Source of the DNA: Clostridia bacterium
Lineage (GTDB): Bacteria > Bacillota > Clostridia > Oscillospirales > Acutalibacteraceae
NCBI GenBank assembly: GCA_017543285.1
Contig: JAFYGK010000008.1
Location: 10,558 to 42,557 of the forward strand
Length of the DNA stretch: 32,000 nt
Reading direction: 5' to 3'
Shown here piece by piece: positions 14,663 through 23,483 of the stretch. Both the position numbers and the translations under genes were made by a program. How positions within the stretch are numbered: position 1 is the first letter of the stretch; the number at the start of each line of letters is the position of its first letter. The notes under the pieces were generated by a model, which was not told the DNA's origin, searched no databases, and saw nothing but the letters and a program-made list of their open reading frames with translations.

Positions 14663-15844
14663 TTACTGTTGGAATAATTCAACAGCGAGAGACAGCAGCT
14701 TTTGCCTTTCGTTGAGCGACGGATCGTCGATAACCGCCTGCAGCAGTCTGTTCAGAATTATGCCGACCTCGCGCCCTTCCTTTGCGGCTCCCGACCTGAT
14801 TATCTCATTCCCGTTGATTTTCAGATGGGATATCTTATAGGGAAGGTCATTGTCAACGACATATCTCAGCATATTGCGGCTGATTTTTGTATCGTCGTCG
14901 TACAGCGCCTCTCTTAAAGAATAATATTGCTCGGACAGCTCATACGGCAATGCGCCGAGAAGGCGGCATATATCGGGCGCGGTTACGGGCGGCTTAACGC
15001 TGCTGTTCATCGTTAAAACCGACACCGTGTTTATCGTTCTGTTGTCAAGCCTTAGATTTTTCAAGAAGGCGTTTTCGGTTTTTGTAAGCAGCAGCAGGGC
15101 TGCAAGACGGGCGCAGCGGTCGTTCATTATCCGGTCAAGCCGGGACAGATCCGAGCCGCCGTTCATACCCAAAAATGTCAGACAGCCTGTGTCCAGCAGG
15201 GTTTTAAGCCGCGCGGGACATTTCGCGGCAAGACAGCCCGTAAGCTCGACGGCAATGCGCTCGACGCTTATTTTTTCAAGGTTGCCGGACATCTCAAGAG
15301 CCGCCGAAAGGGTCTCCTGCTCGATATCAAAGCCAAGCCGCAGCGCGAAGCGGAAGCAGCGCATTATGCGCAGAGCATCCTCTGAGAAGCGGTCGGCGGG
15401 TTTTCCGACGCAGCGGATGACGCCGTTTTGCAGATCGCTCTGTCCGCCGAAAAGGTCGACGAGGCCGCTTTCATGATTGTAAGCCATGGCGTTTACGGTG
15501 AAATCGCGGCGGGACAGATCGTCCTCGATTTTGCTGCCGAAGCTGACGGTTGTCGGCCTGCGAAAATCGTCGTATTCGCCGTCGCTTCGGTATGTTGTGA
15601 CCTCGATGGGCAGTGAATCCATCATAACCGTGACCGTGCCGAAGGCAATCCCGGTAGGTACTGTTTTTGGGAACATGCCGATTATATCGTCGGGCGCCGC
15701 GTTTGTGGCAACATCATAGTCCTTCGGGTTCCTTCCCAAAAGAGAATCACGGACGCAGCCTCCTACGGCAAAAGCTTCAAATCCATGGGAGGTGATCGTG
15801 TTTATGCAGTTTTCGACGCCTGTCGGCAGATTCAGTTTCTTCAT
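14663..15844 (-). CDS. cca: CCA-adding tRNA nucleotidyltransferase / poly(A) polymerase family
   Basis: AVGGCVRDSLLGRNPKDYDV head-domain motif and RRDFTVNA, 393 aa. Confidence 0.85.
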   Translation of the reverse strand: MKKLNLPTGVENCINTITSHGFEAFAVGGCVRDSLLGRNPKDYDVATNAAPDDIIGMFPKTVPTGIAFGTVTVMMDSLPIEVTTYRSDGEYDDFRRPTTVSFGSKIEDDLSRRDFTVNAMAYNHESGLVDLFGGQSDLQNGVIRCVGKPADRFSEDALRIMRCFRFALRLGFDIEQETLSAALEMSGNLEKISVERIAVELTGCLAAKCPARLKTLLDTGCLTFLGMNGGSDLSRLDRIMNDRCARLAALLLLTKTENAFLKNLRLDNRTINTVSVLTMNSSVKPPVTAPDICRLLGALPYELSEQYYSLREALYDDDTKISRNMLRYVVDNDLPYKISHLKINGNEIIRSGAAKEGREVGIILNRLLQAVIDDPSLNERQKLLSLAVELFQQ

Positions 15845-15879
15845 TGTCTCAACCCGCTGCTCCTGATAGTATCACGGTT

Positions 15880-15907
15880 ATTATACCACACCGCCGTAAA
15901 ATGCAAA
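15880..15907 (-). promoter_or_regulatory. Promoter for cca: -35 TTTGCA, 16-nt spacer, extended -10 TGGTATAAT (minus strand)
   Basis: Plus strand has ATTATA at 15880-15885, CCA at 15886-15888 and TGCAAA at 15902-15907. Confidence 0.5.
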
Positions 15908-16046
15908 GAGCCATGTGAATAAATTACTCAATAATGTTGACTTTGCGCGGCAACAATAGTAACATTAATTATATATGTAAATGCTTATGAATTTACAAAA
16001 TGTGATGATTGTTTACACAGTTAATCGTTTGAAAGGGATTGGTCAT

Positions 16047-17099
16047 ATGAAAATTTTTCTTTCGGCCTTTCTTAACAACAATTTCGGCGACGATCTTATG
16101 ATAAGACTGCTTTGCCGCAGCTTCCCCGAACATATTTTTGAGCTGGAAAACCCGGCAAAGGACTTGCTTCCGCAGTTTTCCGACATAGAAAACCTGAGAC
16201 TATCGCCATATTCTACAAAGCAGATGAGCAGAGTAAACCCCTGTCCATACGATCTGTTTTTGAAAATCGGCGGATCCATTTTCATCATAATGCGCCGCGG
16301 CTCGCTCAAAAGAAGATTTTTTGAATGGAAAAGCGTTGAAAGAATAAGAAAAAACGGCTGCAGGATCGCAACGATCGGATGCAATACCGGACCGTTTTAC
16401 CTGAAAGCCGCCGAATGGGTAGCTTCGGGAGAGCTGAGACAGAACGATCTCGTCACCGTGCGCGACAAAAAATCCCTGAGCTTTTTGCAAAAACACGCAA
16501 AAAAGGTACATTGCGAGTATTATCCCGATATGCTTTTGTCTCTCGGCATAAAGCCGTTTACCGGGCAAAGACGCGGAATGTGCGTATCGACGTTCGGCAT
16601 GAAGGGGAAAGAGACTCCCGGTTATTTCGAAAAGATGGCTGAGGCAATACAGCTTTTTTATGATAAAACCGGCGAAAAAACGACCCTGCTTTGTTTTGAA
16701 AACGATGAGGAAACCGATATTCACGCGGCAAAAAGGATAAAAGAGATTGCAGGCGACTGTATAGACAAAACGATAATACACAAAGGCGACGGCTCTGATA
16801 TTATTGAAGCCGTGTCACGAAGCAGGCTTATAATATCGGCAAGGTTCCACTCGGCGATAATTGCCGTTCGCTGCAATACGCCGCTTGTACCCGTTGTTTA
16901 TTCGGACAAAACGGAAAACGCGCTGAGCGATTACGGATACAGGGGAGCGCGTTATCGTATGGACCGCATAGAGGAAACGCCCGCGCATAGGCTCATTGCC
17001 GCCGAAGGCTTTTACCCGGAGGAATGTTTTGAACAGGCAAAGGGACATCTTGAGGCCCTCGGACGGTTGATAGATTCAATGGAAAACGGAACGGCATGA
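16047..17099 (+). CDS. Polysaccharide pyruvyl transferase family protein
   Basis: MKIFLSAFLNNNFGDDLM N-terminus and SARFHSAIIA motif typical of the CsaB/WcaK-like family. ATG 16047. Somewhat AT-rich. Confidence 0.7.
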   Translation: MKIFLSAFLNNNFGDDLMIRLLCRSFPEHIFELENPAKDLLPQFSDIENLRLSPYSTKQMSRVNPCPYDLFLKIGGSIFIIMRRGSLKRRFFEWKSVERIRKNGCRIATIGCNTGPFYLKAAEWVASGELRQNDLVTVRDKKSLSFLQKHAKKVHCEYYPDMLLSLGIKPFTGQRRGMCVSTFGMKGKETPGYFEKMAEAIQLFYDKTGEKTTLLCFENDEETDIHAAKRIKEIAGDCIDKTIIHKGDGSDIIEAVSRSRLIISARFHSAIIAVRCNTPLVPVVYSDKTENALSDYGYRGARYRMDRIEETPAHRLIAAEGFYPEECFEQAKGHLEALGRLIDSMENGTA

Positions 17100-17779
17100 A
17101 CGACAGTGACAAGATTATTATTCCGGATATAATAAAAAGACTGGGTCCGGATATCAATGCTCCCGAATACAGCAGGCAGGACTACGGCGATGCGCAGGAA
17201 GATTATCCTTCTGTCACCGGCGACTGTTTTTCTGCGCCTTCAGAGCCGCCTTCGCCGCACGATCCGCCCGCTGCGGAAACGGAAAGACACGGGCTGCCTG
17301 ACGATCACCGCGATAGCGGCGAACAGAAAAAAGACGATCCGCCCTATGAGAAATATCTTATCGCGGCAGCAATCGCTCTTTTTATTTGTCTGGCAGTATT
17401 CATCGCGATCACATCGCCCTCTCTCAACGGAGGGAACATACTGCTGAGCACCAAAACACAGCAGGCGCAGAGCCGGACGGCTTATGCACAGCGGCAGTCT
17501 CCGTCAGGCTTGCAGGAGAATAATGAAGACGACGGCGGCCGTATGATCCCTGAGAGAAACGCTCCTTCTGCCGGCGAAGCTGACGGCGGCAAAGTAAACA
17601 TAAACACAGCGTCCGCCGAACAGCTTTGCTCTCTTCCGGGGATCGGTGAGGTGCTGTCGCGGAGGATCATAGAATATCGCGAGCTTTACGGAGATTTCAA
17701 ATCGGTAAACGAGCTGATCAATGTTGAGGGAATAGGAGAAAAGAAGCTGGAAGCTATTGCCGGAATGGCGACCGTCTGA
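17096..17779 (+). CDS. comEA: ComEA family DNA-binding protein: long acidic/Pro-rich N-terminus, one TM, tandem helix-hairpin-helix
   Basis: VNINTASAEQLCSLPGIGEVLSRRIIEYR...INVEGIGEKKLEAI. The start overlaps the upstream stop (ATGA). Confidence 0.85.
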   Translation: MNDSDKIIIPDIIKRLGPDINAPEYSRQDYGDAQEDYPSVTGDCFSAPSEPPSPHDPPAAETERHGLPDDHRDSGEQKKDDPPYEKYLIAAAIALFICLAVFIAITSPSLNGGNILLSTKTQQAQSRTAYAQRQSPSGLQENNEDDGGRMIPERNAPSAGEADGGKVNINTASAEQLCSLPGIGEVLSRRIIEYRELYGDFKSVNELINVEGIGEKKLEAIAGMATV

Positions 17780-17838
17780 TTATTTGAAGCAGGGCAAAGC
17801 TCTCACCTAAAAACCGCTGCGCCATAAAATGTACAGAG

Positions 17839-18210
17839 GTGAGAAATGTGCCCGATATAGTTTTCTGTATCATATTGCTGCTGCTGACGGCGCTGGGAGT
17901 GGTTTTCTGCGCGCGCGAGGTTATCCTGCTGCTGCTTGTGCCGCCGAAAAGCCCGGATATAAGTATCGTTATTCCGTTTGAAGGCGACGGCAAAGAGATG
18001 GAATACACCGTCATGTGCGTTGTAAAAAGGAACAGATGGTTCGACAGATTAAAAAACGCTCGGATAATTCTTCTCAACACAGGCATGGACGAGGAAGCGA
18101 AAAAAGTCGCTTTGCTGCTTTGCCGGAGGTACAGCGAGCTGGAATACTCCGAAGAAAAAAACATAGCGCAGAGTCTTCGCACGAGAAGGGGCAGGACGGA
18201 GAGCAAATGA
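17839..18210 (+). CDS. Hypothetical membrane-anchored protein with one N-terminal TM
   Basis: Only a hydrophobic N-terminus (IVFCIILLLLTALGVVF) and its position between comEA and recD2. The start is GTG 17839 or GTG 17848 (after GAGGTGA). No family recognised. Confidence 0.5.
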   Translation: MRNVPDIVFCIILLLLTALGVVFCAREVILLLLVPPKSPDISIVIPFEGDGKEMEYTVMCVVKRNRWFDRLKNARIILLNTGMDEEAKKVALLLCRRYSELEYSEEKNIAQSLRTRRGRTESK

Positions 18211-18237
18211 AACCGCAGACGGGCAGGTGAAAACAGC

Positions 18238-20466
18238 ATGGAAAAGGAAAGCGTAAAGATTGAGGGCACGGTGGACACGGTGGTGTTCAACAATCCCGAA
18301 AACGGCTGGACCGTTCTGGAGCTCGTAAGCGGGGATGAGCTCATAACCGCCGTGGGGATCCTGCCGCAGATCAATATAGGCGAGCAGCTGAGGCTTATGG
18401 GCGTATGGGACGATCACGCAACCTACGGGCGGCAGTTTCGCATAGAGGCGTGCGAAAGAAGTCTGCCGACCGACGCGGCCGCGATCCTGACATATCTGTC
18501 CAACGGAGCGATAAAGGGAATAGGTCCGTCAACGGCTCGAAAGCTCGTTTCAAAATTCGGCGAAAAAACCCTTGAAATAATAGAAAAGGATCCTGACAGG
18601 CTCTGCGAAATAAAGGGGATAACACTGAAAAAAGCCAAAACGATAAGCGAGGATTTCCTTCGTCAGTTCGGCATAAGGGAGGCCATGCTGTTTTTGGGTC
18701 AGCACGGTCTGACGCAGGCGGAATCGCTCAGAGCCTTCAAAAAATACGGCTCGACACTTGTGGACAGAGTCAAAATAAATCCGTATTCGCTGTGCAGTCC
18801 GGGCGTCGGCATTTCCTTCGAAAGGGCCGACGCCATTGCGCAGAGCTTCGGCATGCATTATGAGGACGAAAACCGCCTGAGCGCGGGTATTCTGCACATA
18901 GTACGGCACAACACGGTAAACGGGCACACCTGTCTGCCGGAGAAAAAAGTGATCGCCATTGCCGTCAACCTGCTCGGAGTCAACAGCGAAACGGTGCAGT
19001 CCGCTTCGGATGAAATGTGCGGTTCTTTCAGACTCAGGCGGGTCAGCATCAGGGAAAAGAGCTTTTTGTTTCTGCCCGAAACATATGAGGCCGAGCTTTA
19101 CTGTGCCAAAAAACTGCTCATGATGGCGTCGTACAAGCCGGAAAAAATGCTTGCCGACATTGACGAGGCAATAGCCGGGTGCGAGATATCCATGAGCATA
19201 AAATACAACGAGCAGCAAAAACGCGCCATTTCTGCGGCAATATCCAAGGGCATCCTTGTGCTGACGGGCGGTCCGGGAACCGGAAAGACAACCATTCTGA
19301 GGGCGATAATCAAGCTGCTGGAGGATATGGGCGAAAAGGTGCTTGTTGCCGCTCCGACCGGAAGAGCCGCGAAAAGAATAAGCGAGCTGACCGACTGCGA
19401 GGCAAAAACCATACACCGCCTGCTTGAAGCCAAATGGCAGGATGACAATGTAACCGCCTTCTCAAGAGACGAGAGCAATCCGCTTGACTGCGACGCGATA
19501 ATAATCGACGAAATGTCCATGGTCGGCTCGCTCCTGATGAGAAGCCTGCTCAGGGCGCTTCGTCCGGGCTGCCGCCTTATTATGGTCGGCGACACCGATC
19601 AGCTTCCTTCCGTCGGCTCGGGAAACGTGCTTCACGACATCATAGAATCGGGCAAGCTGCCCGCCGTATGCCTTGAAGAGGTGTTCAGGCAGGCGCAGAG
19701 CAGTCTGATAGTTACAAACGCGCACAGAATAATTCACGGGCAGTATCCTGACATTTCGCGTCGGGACTCAGATTTTTTCTTTTTGAAAAAGGACAATCCG
19801 TTTGATATAAAAAACACCGTCGTCGATCTGTGCGCGAACCGTCTGCCAAAAGCCTACGGATTTTCTCCGCTGTGGAATATCCAGGTGCTCACACCGAGCC
19901 ATAAAGGAGAGCTGGGCACGGTCGAGCTCAACAGGCGCATGCAGAGCCGTCTTAATCCGGCATTTGAGCAGAGCGACGGAATACGCTCGGGCGCATATAC
20001 GCTTTACGCAGGCGACAAGGTCATGCAGATAAAAAACAATTACGACATAATGTGGGTCAGAGACGACGGAACCGAGGGAGACGGAGTTTTCAACGGCGAT
20101 ATAGGTATAGTAGAGAACATAGACCGTGACGATGACAGCGTTATTGTCCGCTTTGACAACCGCAGGGCATTTTATACCCTTGAAGAAGCGGGAGAGCTGG
20201 AGCTTGCTTATGCCGTTACGGTGCATAAAAGCCAGGGCAGCGAGTTTGAAGCGGTCGTGATGCCGCTCTATCCCGGACCGGGACAGCTTTACTACAGAAA
20301 CCTGCTTTACACCGCCGTGACAAGGGCGAGGCAATACATGATAATGGTGGGAAACCAAAGCGTGCTGACCCACATGGTTGACAACAATATCGTATCAAAG
20401 AGATATACGGGACTGAAACATTTTCTTATGAACGAGGGGCCTCTCGGGGAGGATAATCTTTACTGA
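18238..20466 (+). CDS. recD2: ATP-dependent RecD-like DNA helicase (RecD2, SF1B)
   Basis: N-terminal OB/HhH region, Walker A GGPGTGKTT, DEMSMV, VHKSQGSEF, C-terminal SH3-like region, 742 aa. Confidence 0.92.
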   Translation: MEKESVKIEGTVDTVVFNNPENGWTVLELVSGDELITAVGILPQINIGEQLRLMGVWDDHATYGRQFRIEACERSLPTDAAAILTYLSNGAIKGIGPSTARKLVSKFGEKTLEIIEKDPDRLCEIKGITLKKAKTISEDFLRQFGIREAMLFLGQHGLTQAESLRAFKKYGSTLVDRVKINPYSLCSPGVGISFERADAIAQSFGMHYEDENRLSAGILHIVRHNTVNGHTCLPEKKVIAIAVNLLGVNSETVQSASDEMCGSFRLRRVSIREKSFLFLPETYEAELYCAKKLLMMASYKPEKMLADIDEAIAGCEISMSIKYNEQQKRAISAAISKGILVLTGGPGTGKTTILRAIIKLLEDMGEKVLVAAPTGRAAKRISELTDCEAKTIHRLLEAKWQDDNVTAFSRDESNPLDCDAIIIDEMSMVGSLLMRSLLRALRPGCRLIMVGDTDQLPSVGSGNVLHDIIESGKLPAVCLEEVFRQAQSSLIVTNAHRIIHGQYPDISRRDSDFFFLKKDNPFDIKNTVVDLCANRLPKAYGFSPLWNIQVLTPSHKGELGTVELNRRMQSRLNPAFEQSDGIRSGAYTLYAGDKVMQIKNNYDIMWVRDDGTEGDGVFNGDIGIVENIDRDDDSVIVRFDNRRAFYTLEEAGELELAYAVTVHKSQGSEFEAVVMPLYPGPGQLYYRNLLYTAVTRARQYMIMVGNQSVLTHMVDNNIVSKRYTGLKHFLMNEGPLGEDNLY

Positions 20467-20537
20467 AAAAACGCCCTGCAAACGAGGGCGCCGATGCGGA
20501 AGTGTGCCTTTTGAAAATAACCGAATTTATAACAAGC

Positions 20538-21242
20538 ATGTTCTATCCGGACAGATGCATATACTGCGGAAGGGTAGTTGAACACGGAAAGACGGTCTGC
20601 GGACACTGCCGTCTTCCGAGAGTGGGAGACGCCATATGCTCCAAATGCGGACGTGATCATGACAGATGCGTATGTTCGTCCATGTCATATAGCTTCATCT
20701 CCGCAGTCGCGCCGTTTTACTACGAAGGAGGAGTTAAAAAAGCGCTGCTGAACGTCAAATACGGCAGCAGGCGTGAAATACCGGAGCTCGCAGACGAAAT
20801 ATCCATGGCGTTGGAAAGGAGTTTCGGCAGATCGATAATAACGGATTTTGATTTGGTCGCGTATGTACCCATGCGAACCGAAAAGCAGAGAGAAAGGGGC
20901 TTTAATCAGGCGCGGCTTCTTGCCGAGCGGGTTTCCGGTAATTTCGGCGTACCCCTGGGCGACGTTCTTGAAAAAATAAAGGACGGCGAGCCGCAGCACT
21001 GCCTGACGGCAAGACAGCGCAGACTTAACGTAAAGGGAATGTTTTCCTGCAAAGGTGACTTAGAAGGCAAAAACATCCTGCTGATAGACGATATTTTTAC
21101 CACCGGAGCAACACTCAGCGAATGCTCCCTGCAAATGCTGAAGCATTCTGCGCTGAGCGTATCCGCCGCGGTCGTTGCTCTTGCAGTGCCGAATGACGAC
21201 ATGGTATCAGCGGAAAAGAAGCGTGCCTCCGATTATTATTAA
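20538..21242 (+). CDS. comFC: ComF family protein (ComFC-like, Zn-ribbon plus phosphoribosyltransferase fold)
   Basis: CxxC pairs (CIYCG, CGHC, CSKCG) and the PRTase motif ILLIDDIFTTGATL. ATG 20538 preferred over GTG 20502. Confidence 0.85.
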   Translation: MFYPDRCIYCGRVVEHGKTVCGHCRLPRVGDAICSKCGRDHDRCVCSSMSYSFISAVAPFYYEGGVKKALLNVKYGSRREIPELADEISMALERSFGRSIITDFDLVAYVPMRTEKQRERGFNQARLLAERVSGNFGVPLGDVLEKIKDGEPQHCLTARQRRLNVKGMFSCKGDLEGKNILLIDDIFTTGATLSECSLQMLKHSALSVSAAVVALAVPNDDMVSAEKKRASDYY

Positions 21243-21359
21243 AGCCAGACCGGCAAGCACCACAAGCACCGCGGGCGAGCAGAAAAGTGCGATCAAAAGC
21301 CCCAGCCCGAGCGCGATCAGTATTAAAGCGACATTCTTGCTTTTGTGCCTGCATTTCAT
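21207..21359 (-). CDS. Possible 50-aa small membrane protein
   Basis: MKCRHKSKNVALILIALGLGLLIALFCSPAVLVVLAGLALIIIGGTLLFR, a basic N-terminus plus a hydrophobic hairpin. Weak RBS. Overlaps the comFC 3' end convergently by 36 nt. Confidence 0.35.
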   Translation of the reverse strand: MKCRHKSKNVALILIALGLGLLIALFCSPAVLVVLAGLALIIIGGTLLFR

Positions 21360-21434
21360 AATAAGCACCGCCCTGCATATGTTTTCCGGTCGGTACATAT
21401 TATGCCGGAAGAGGAATATGGGTGATAAGTAATA

Positions 21435-21471
21435 ATACGGCTCAGGATCTTGTTCCGAGCCGTATTTTTTT
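21435..21471. terminator. Bidirectional terminator: stem ATACGGCTC/GAGCCGTAT, with TTTTTTT on the plus strand and a U-rich tail on the minus strand
   Basis: 9-bp stem at 21435-21443 and 21457-21465, T-run to 21471. Placed to stop comFC (+) and the DUF378 gene (-). Confidence 0.7.
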
Positions 21472-21485
21472 GCCGCAAAAACCGG

Positions 21486-21713
21486 CTACTGGCGTTCTCC
21501 GTCGGTGATGACCTCGCGTTCTCTGAAAAGCAGCGAAATGCACCATATTGCGGAAAGCGCTACAAGGGTATAGATCACGCGGCTGAGCGCCGCTGCCTGT
21601 CCGCCGAACAGCCACGCGACAATGTCGAAGCGAAAGACGCCGACGCTGCCCCAGTTGAGACCGCCGATGATCAGGAGAATAAGGGCTATTCTGTCGATGA
21701 TATTCATATTCAT
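21486..21713 (-). CDS. DUF378 (YuzA-like) small membrane protein
   Basis: IALILLIIGGLNWGSVGVFRFDIVAWLFGG is the characteristic DUF378 pattern. GGAGA RBS. Confidence 0.88.
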   Translation of the reverse strand: MNMNIIDRIALILLIIGGLNWGSVGVFRFDIVAWLFGGQAAALSRVIYTLVALSAIWCISLLFREREVITDGERQ

Positions 21714-21868
21714 ATATTATTTCTCCGTTCTTTGATTTAAATTAGGTTTGCCGCACAGCGGCTGACGGTACCGGACGAAAGACCGTCCGGCATGAATATG
21801 CCCGACGTTATTTTCTCCGCCTCGGCCCCGCTTATTCATATTCGTTTAAATATTTTTAAATTTTTATG

Positions 21869-21882
21869 ACAATAATTATTGT
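21869..21882. promoter_or_regulatory. 14-bp perfect palindrome ACAATAATTATTGT in the divergent promoter region
   Basis: Read directly. It lies between the DUF378 leader and the M50 protease promoter. Confidence 0.45.
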
Positions 21883-21902
21883 GCAGAGCACGTGTTTGCC
21901 GA

Positions 21903-21931
21903 TTGAAATGCATTGTGTTTTATGATACAAT
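21903..21931 (+). promoter_or_regulatory. Promoter for the M50 protease-scpAB cluster: -35 TTGAAA, 17-nt spacer, extended -10 TGATACAAT
   Basis: Hexamers at 21903-21908 and 21926-21931, TG at 21923-21924. Confidence 0.6.
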
Positions 21932-22002
21932 TATTTATAATCGGCTAAATATATTCGGAATTGACCATTCCGGCAAAAACAGTGAAAAAAGGAGGCGCGG
22001 CA

Positions 22003-22680
22003 TTGACAATTATCCGTTATCTTATACAGGGTGATACCATAAACGCGCTGATACAGCTTATAGTTTACGCCCTCATTCTGATAGTTCTGATTCCCATTCA
22101 TGAGTATTCCCATGCCAAAGCCGCATATAAGCTGGGCGACGACACTCAGAAATGGACGGGCAGACTGACCCTGAATCCCGCAAAGCATCTGGATTTCATG
22201 GGATCTGTGCTGCTTGTGCTGTTTGGCTTCGGCTGGGGCAAGCCGGTAAAGGTGAACAACCGCAATTTCAAAAACCACCGCACAGGAATGGCTCTGACCG
22301 CGGCTGCCGGACCGATTTCAAACATAATAGTCGCGATTGCCGCCACGATTGTTGCGAGGATATTTTATATCTTTGCCGCCAGTTCGCTGTTTTGCTACGT
22401 GCTGTCCACGCTGTTCAACATGATGGCTTCTCTGAGTATATCGCTGGCCTTTTTCAATCTCATTCCGGTTCCTCCTCTCGACGGTTCACGTATTTTCGCG
22501 TTGGTGCTGCCAGATAAGGTGATATCCGGGATCGAGCGTTATTCGCTGTATTTTGTAATAGGTCTGATGGCTCTCCTCCGGTTCACTCCGGTCGGAGACT
22601 GGCTGCACACTCTGATAGGGTATGTTGACGCCGGGATCTATCTCGGTATTGACGCACTGTTCAGACTGATGGGAGTATAA
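22003..22680 (+). CDS. Site-2 protease (M50) family membrane metalloprotease
   Basis: HEYSHA (HExxH) in a TM segment and NLIPVPPLDGSRI. TTG 22003 follows GGAGG (21991-21995) by 7 nt. The ORF track start at 21961 is less likely. Confidence 0.85.
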   Translation: MTIIRYLIQGDTINALIQLIVYALILIVLIPIHEYSHAKAAYKLGDDTQKWTGRLTLNPAKHLDFMGSVLLVLFGFGWGKPVKVNNRNFKNHRTGMALTAAAGPISNIIVAIAATIVARIFYIFAASSLFCYVLSTLFNMMASLSISLAFFNLIPVPPLDGSRIFALVLPDKVISGIERYSLYFVIGLMALLRFTPVGDWLHTLIGYVDAGIYLGIDALFRLMGV

Positions 22681-22722
22681 AACCGGGAATACTTTTTAGC
22701 AAAGACAAAAGGCTGATGATAA

Positions 22723-23481
22723 ATGGAAGCGATACAATATAAACTGTCCTCATTTGAGGGACCTCTCGATCTGCTGCTGTTTCTGATTAGCAAAAACAAG
22801 CTCAGCATATGGGAAATCAGTCTGGGGGATCTTGTCGACCAGTATATGGAGCATATCGAAGCCATGAGGGAGAACGATCTCGATGTGGCGAGCGAATTTC
22901 TCGAAATGGCGGCCCGCCTCGTATATATAAAAACCGTTTCGCTGCTGCCCAAACACGAGCAGAACGAAGAGGTCGAAAAGGAGCTCAAGGGGCAGCTGCT
23001 GGAATACCAGCTCTGTCGTGAAATGGCCGCGAAGCTCCAGGCGATGGGTACCGGCTTCGGACGTATCGTCCGGGAACCGATGAAAGCCGAGGAAAACAAG
23101 GAATACGGCTGCATTCATCTGCCGGAGCTTCTGGTAAGCGCATATCTAAACGCCGTGGGAAGAGGTTTCCGCCGCGTTCCGCCGCCAGCCGCTTTGTTTC
23201 AGCCGCTGGTTACCCAACGCGAGGTTTCGGTGTCATCCAGAGTAATACATATCCTCCGCCGGCTGAGAAAACAGCCGACAATGAGATATTTTTCCATCTA
23301 TGACGGGATTTTCAACCGCTCGGAGCTTGTTGCCACATTTATGGCGGTGCTGGAGCTTGTCAGAGCGGGCAGGGTGACCCTGTCGGGAGAAAGGGACAGG
23401 GAGATGCTTATGACCCTGAACACCTCAAGGCGCAGGGAAGATGCAGAGGAACAGGAAGAAAGACAGAGAGAAGGAGAATAG
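22723..23481 (+). CDS. scpA: Segregation and condensation protein A
   Basis: FEGPLDLLLFLISKNKLSIWEISLGDLVDQY is the canonical ScpA N-terminus. Followed by scpB. Confidence 0.92.
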   Translation: MEAIQYKLSSFEGPLDLLLFLISKNKLSIWEISLGDLVDQYMEHIEAMRENDLDVASEFLEMAARLVYIKTVSLLPKHEQNEEVEKELKGQLLEYQLCREMAAKLQAMGTGFGRIVREPMKAEENKEYGCIHLPELLVSAYLNAVGRGFRRVPPPAALFQPLVTQREVSVSSRVIHILRRLRKQPTMRYFSIYDGIFNRSELVATFMAVLELVRAGRVTLSGERDREMLMTLNTSRRREDAEEQEERQREGE

Positions 23482-23483
23482 AG

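Noticed and set aside
20471-20490. Hairpin CGCCCT/AGGGCG right after the recD2 stop, a possible terminator.
   Set aside because: The stem is only 6 bp with no T-run. comFC starts about 50 nt downstream, so read-through is likely.
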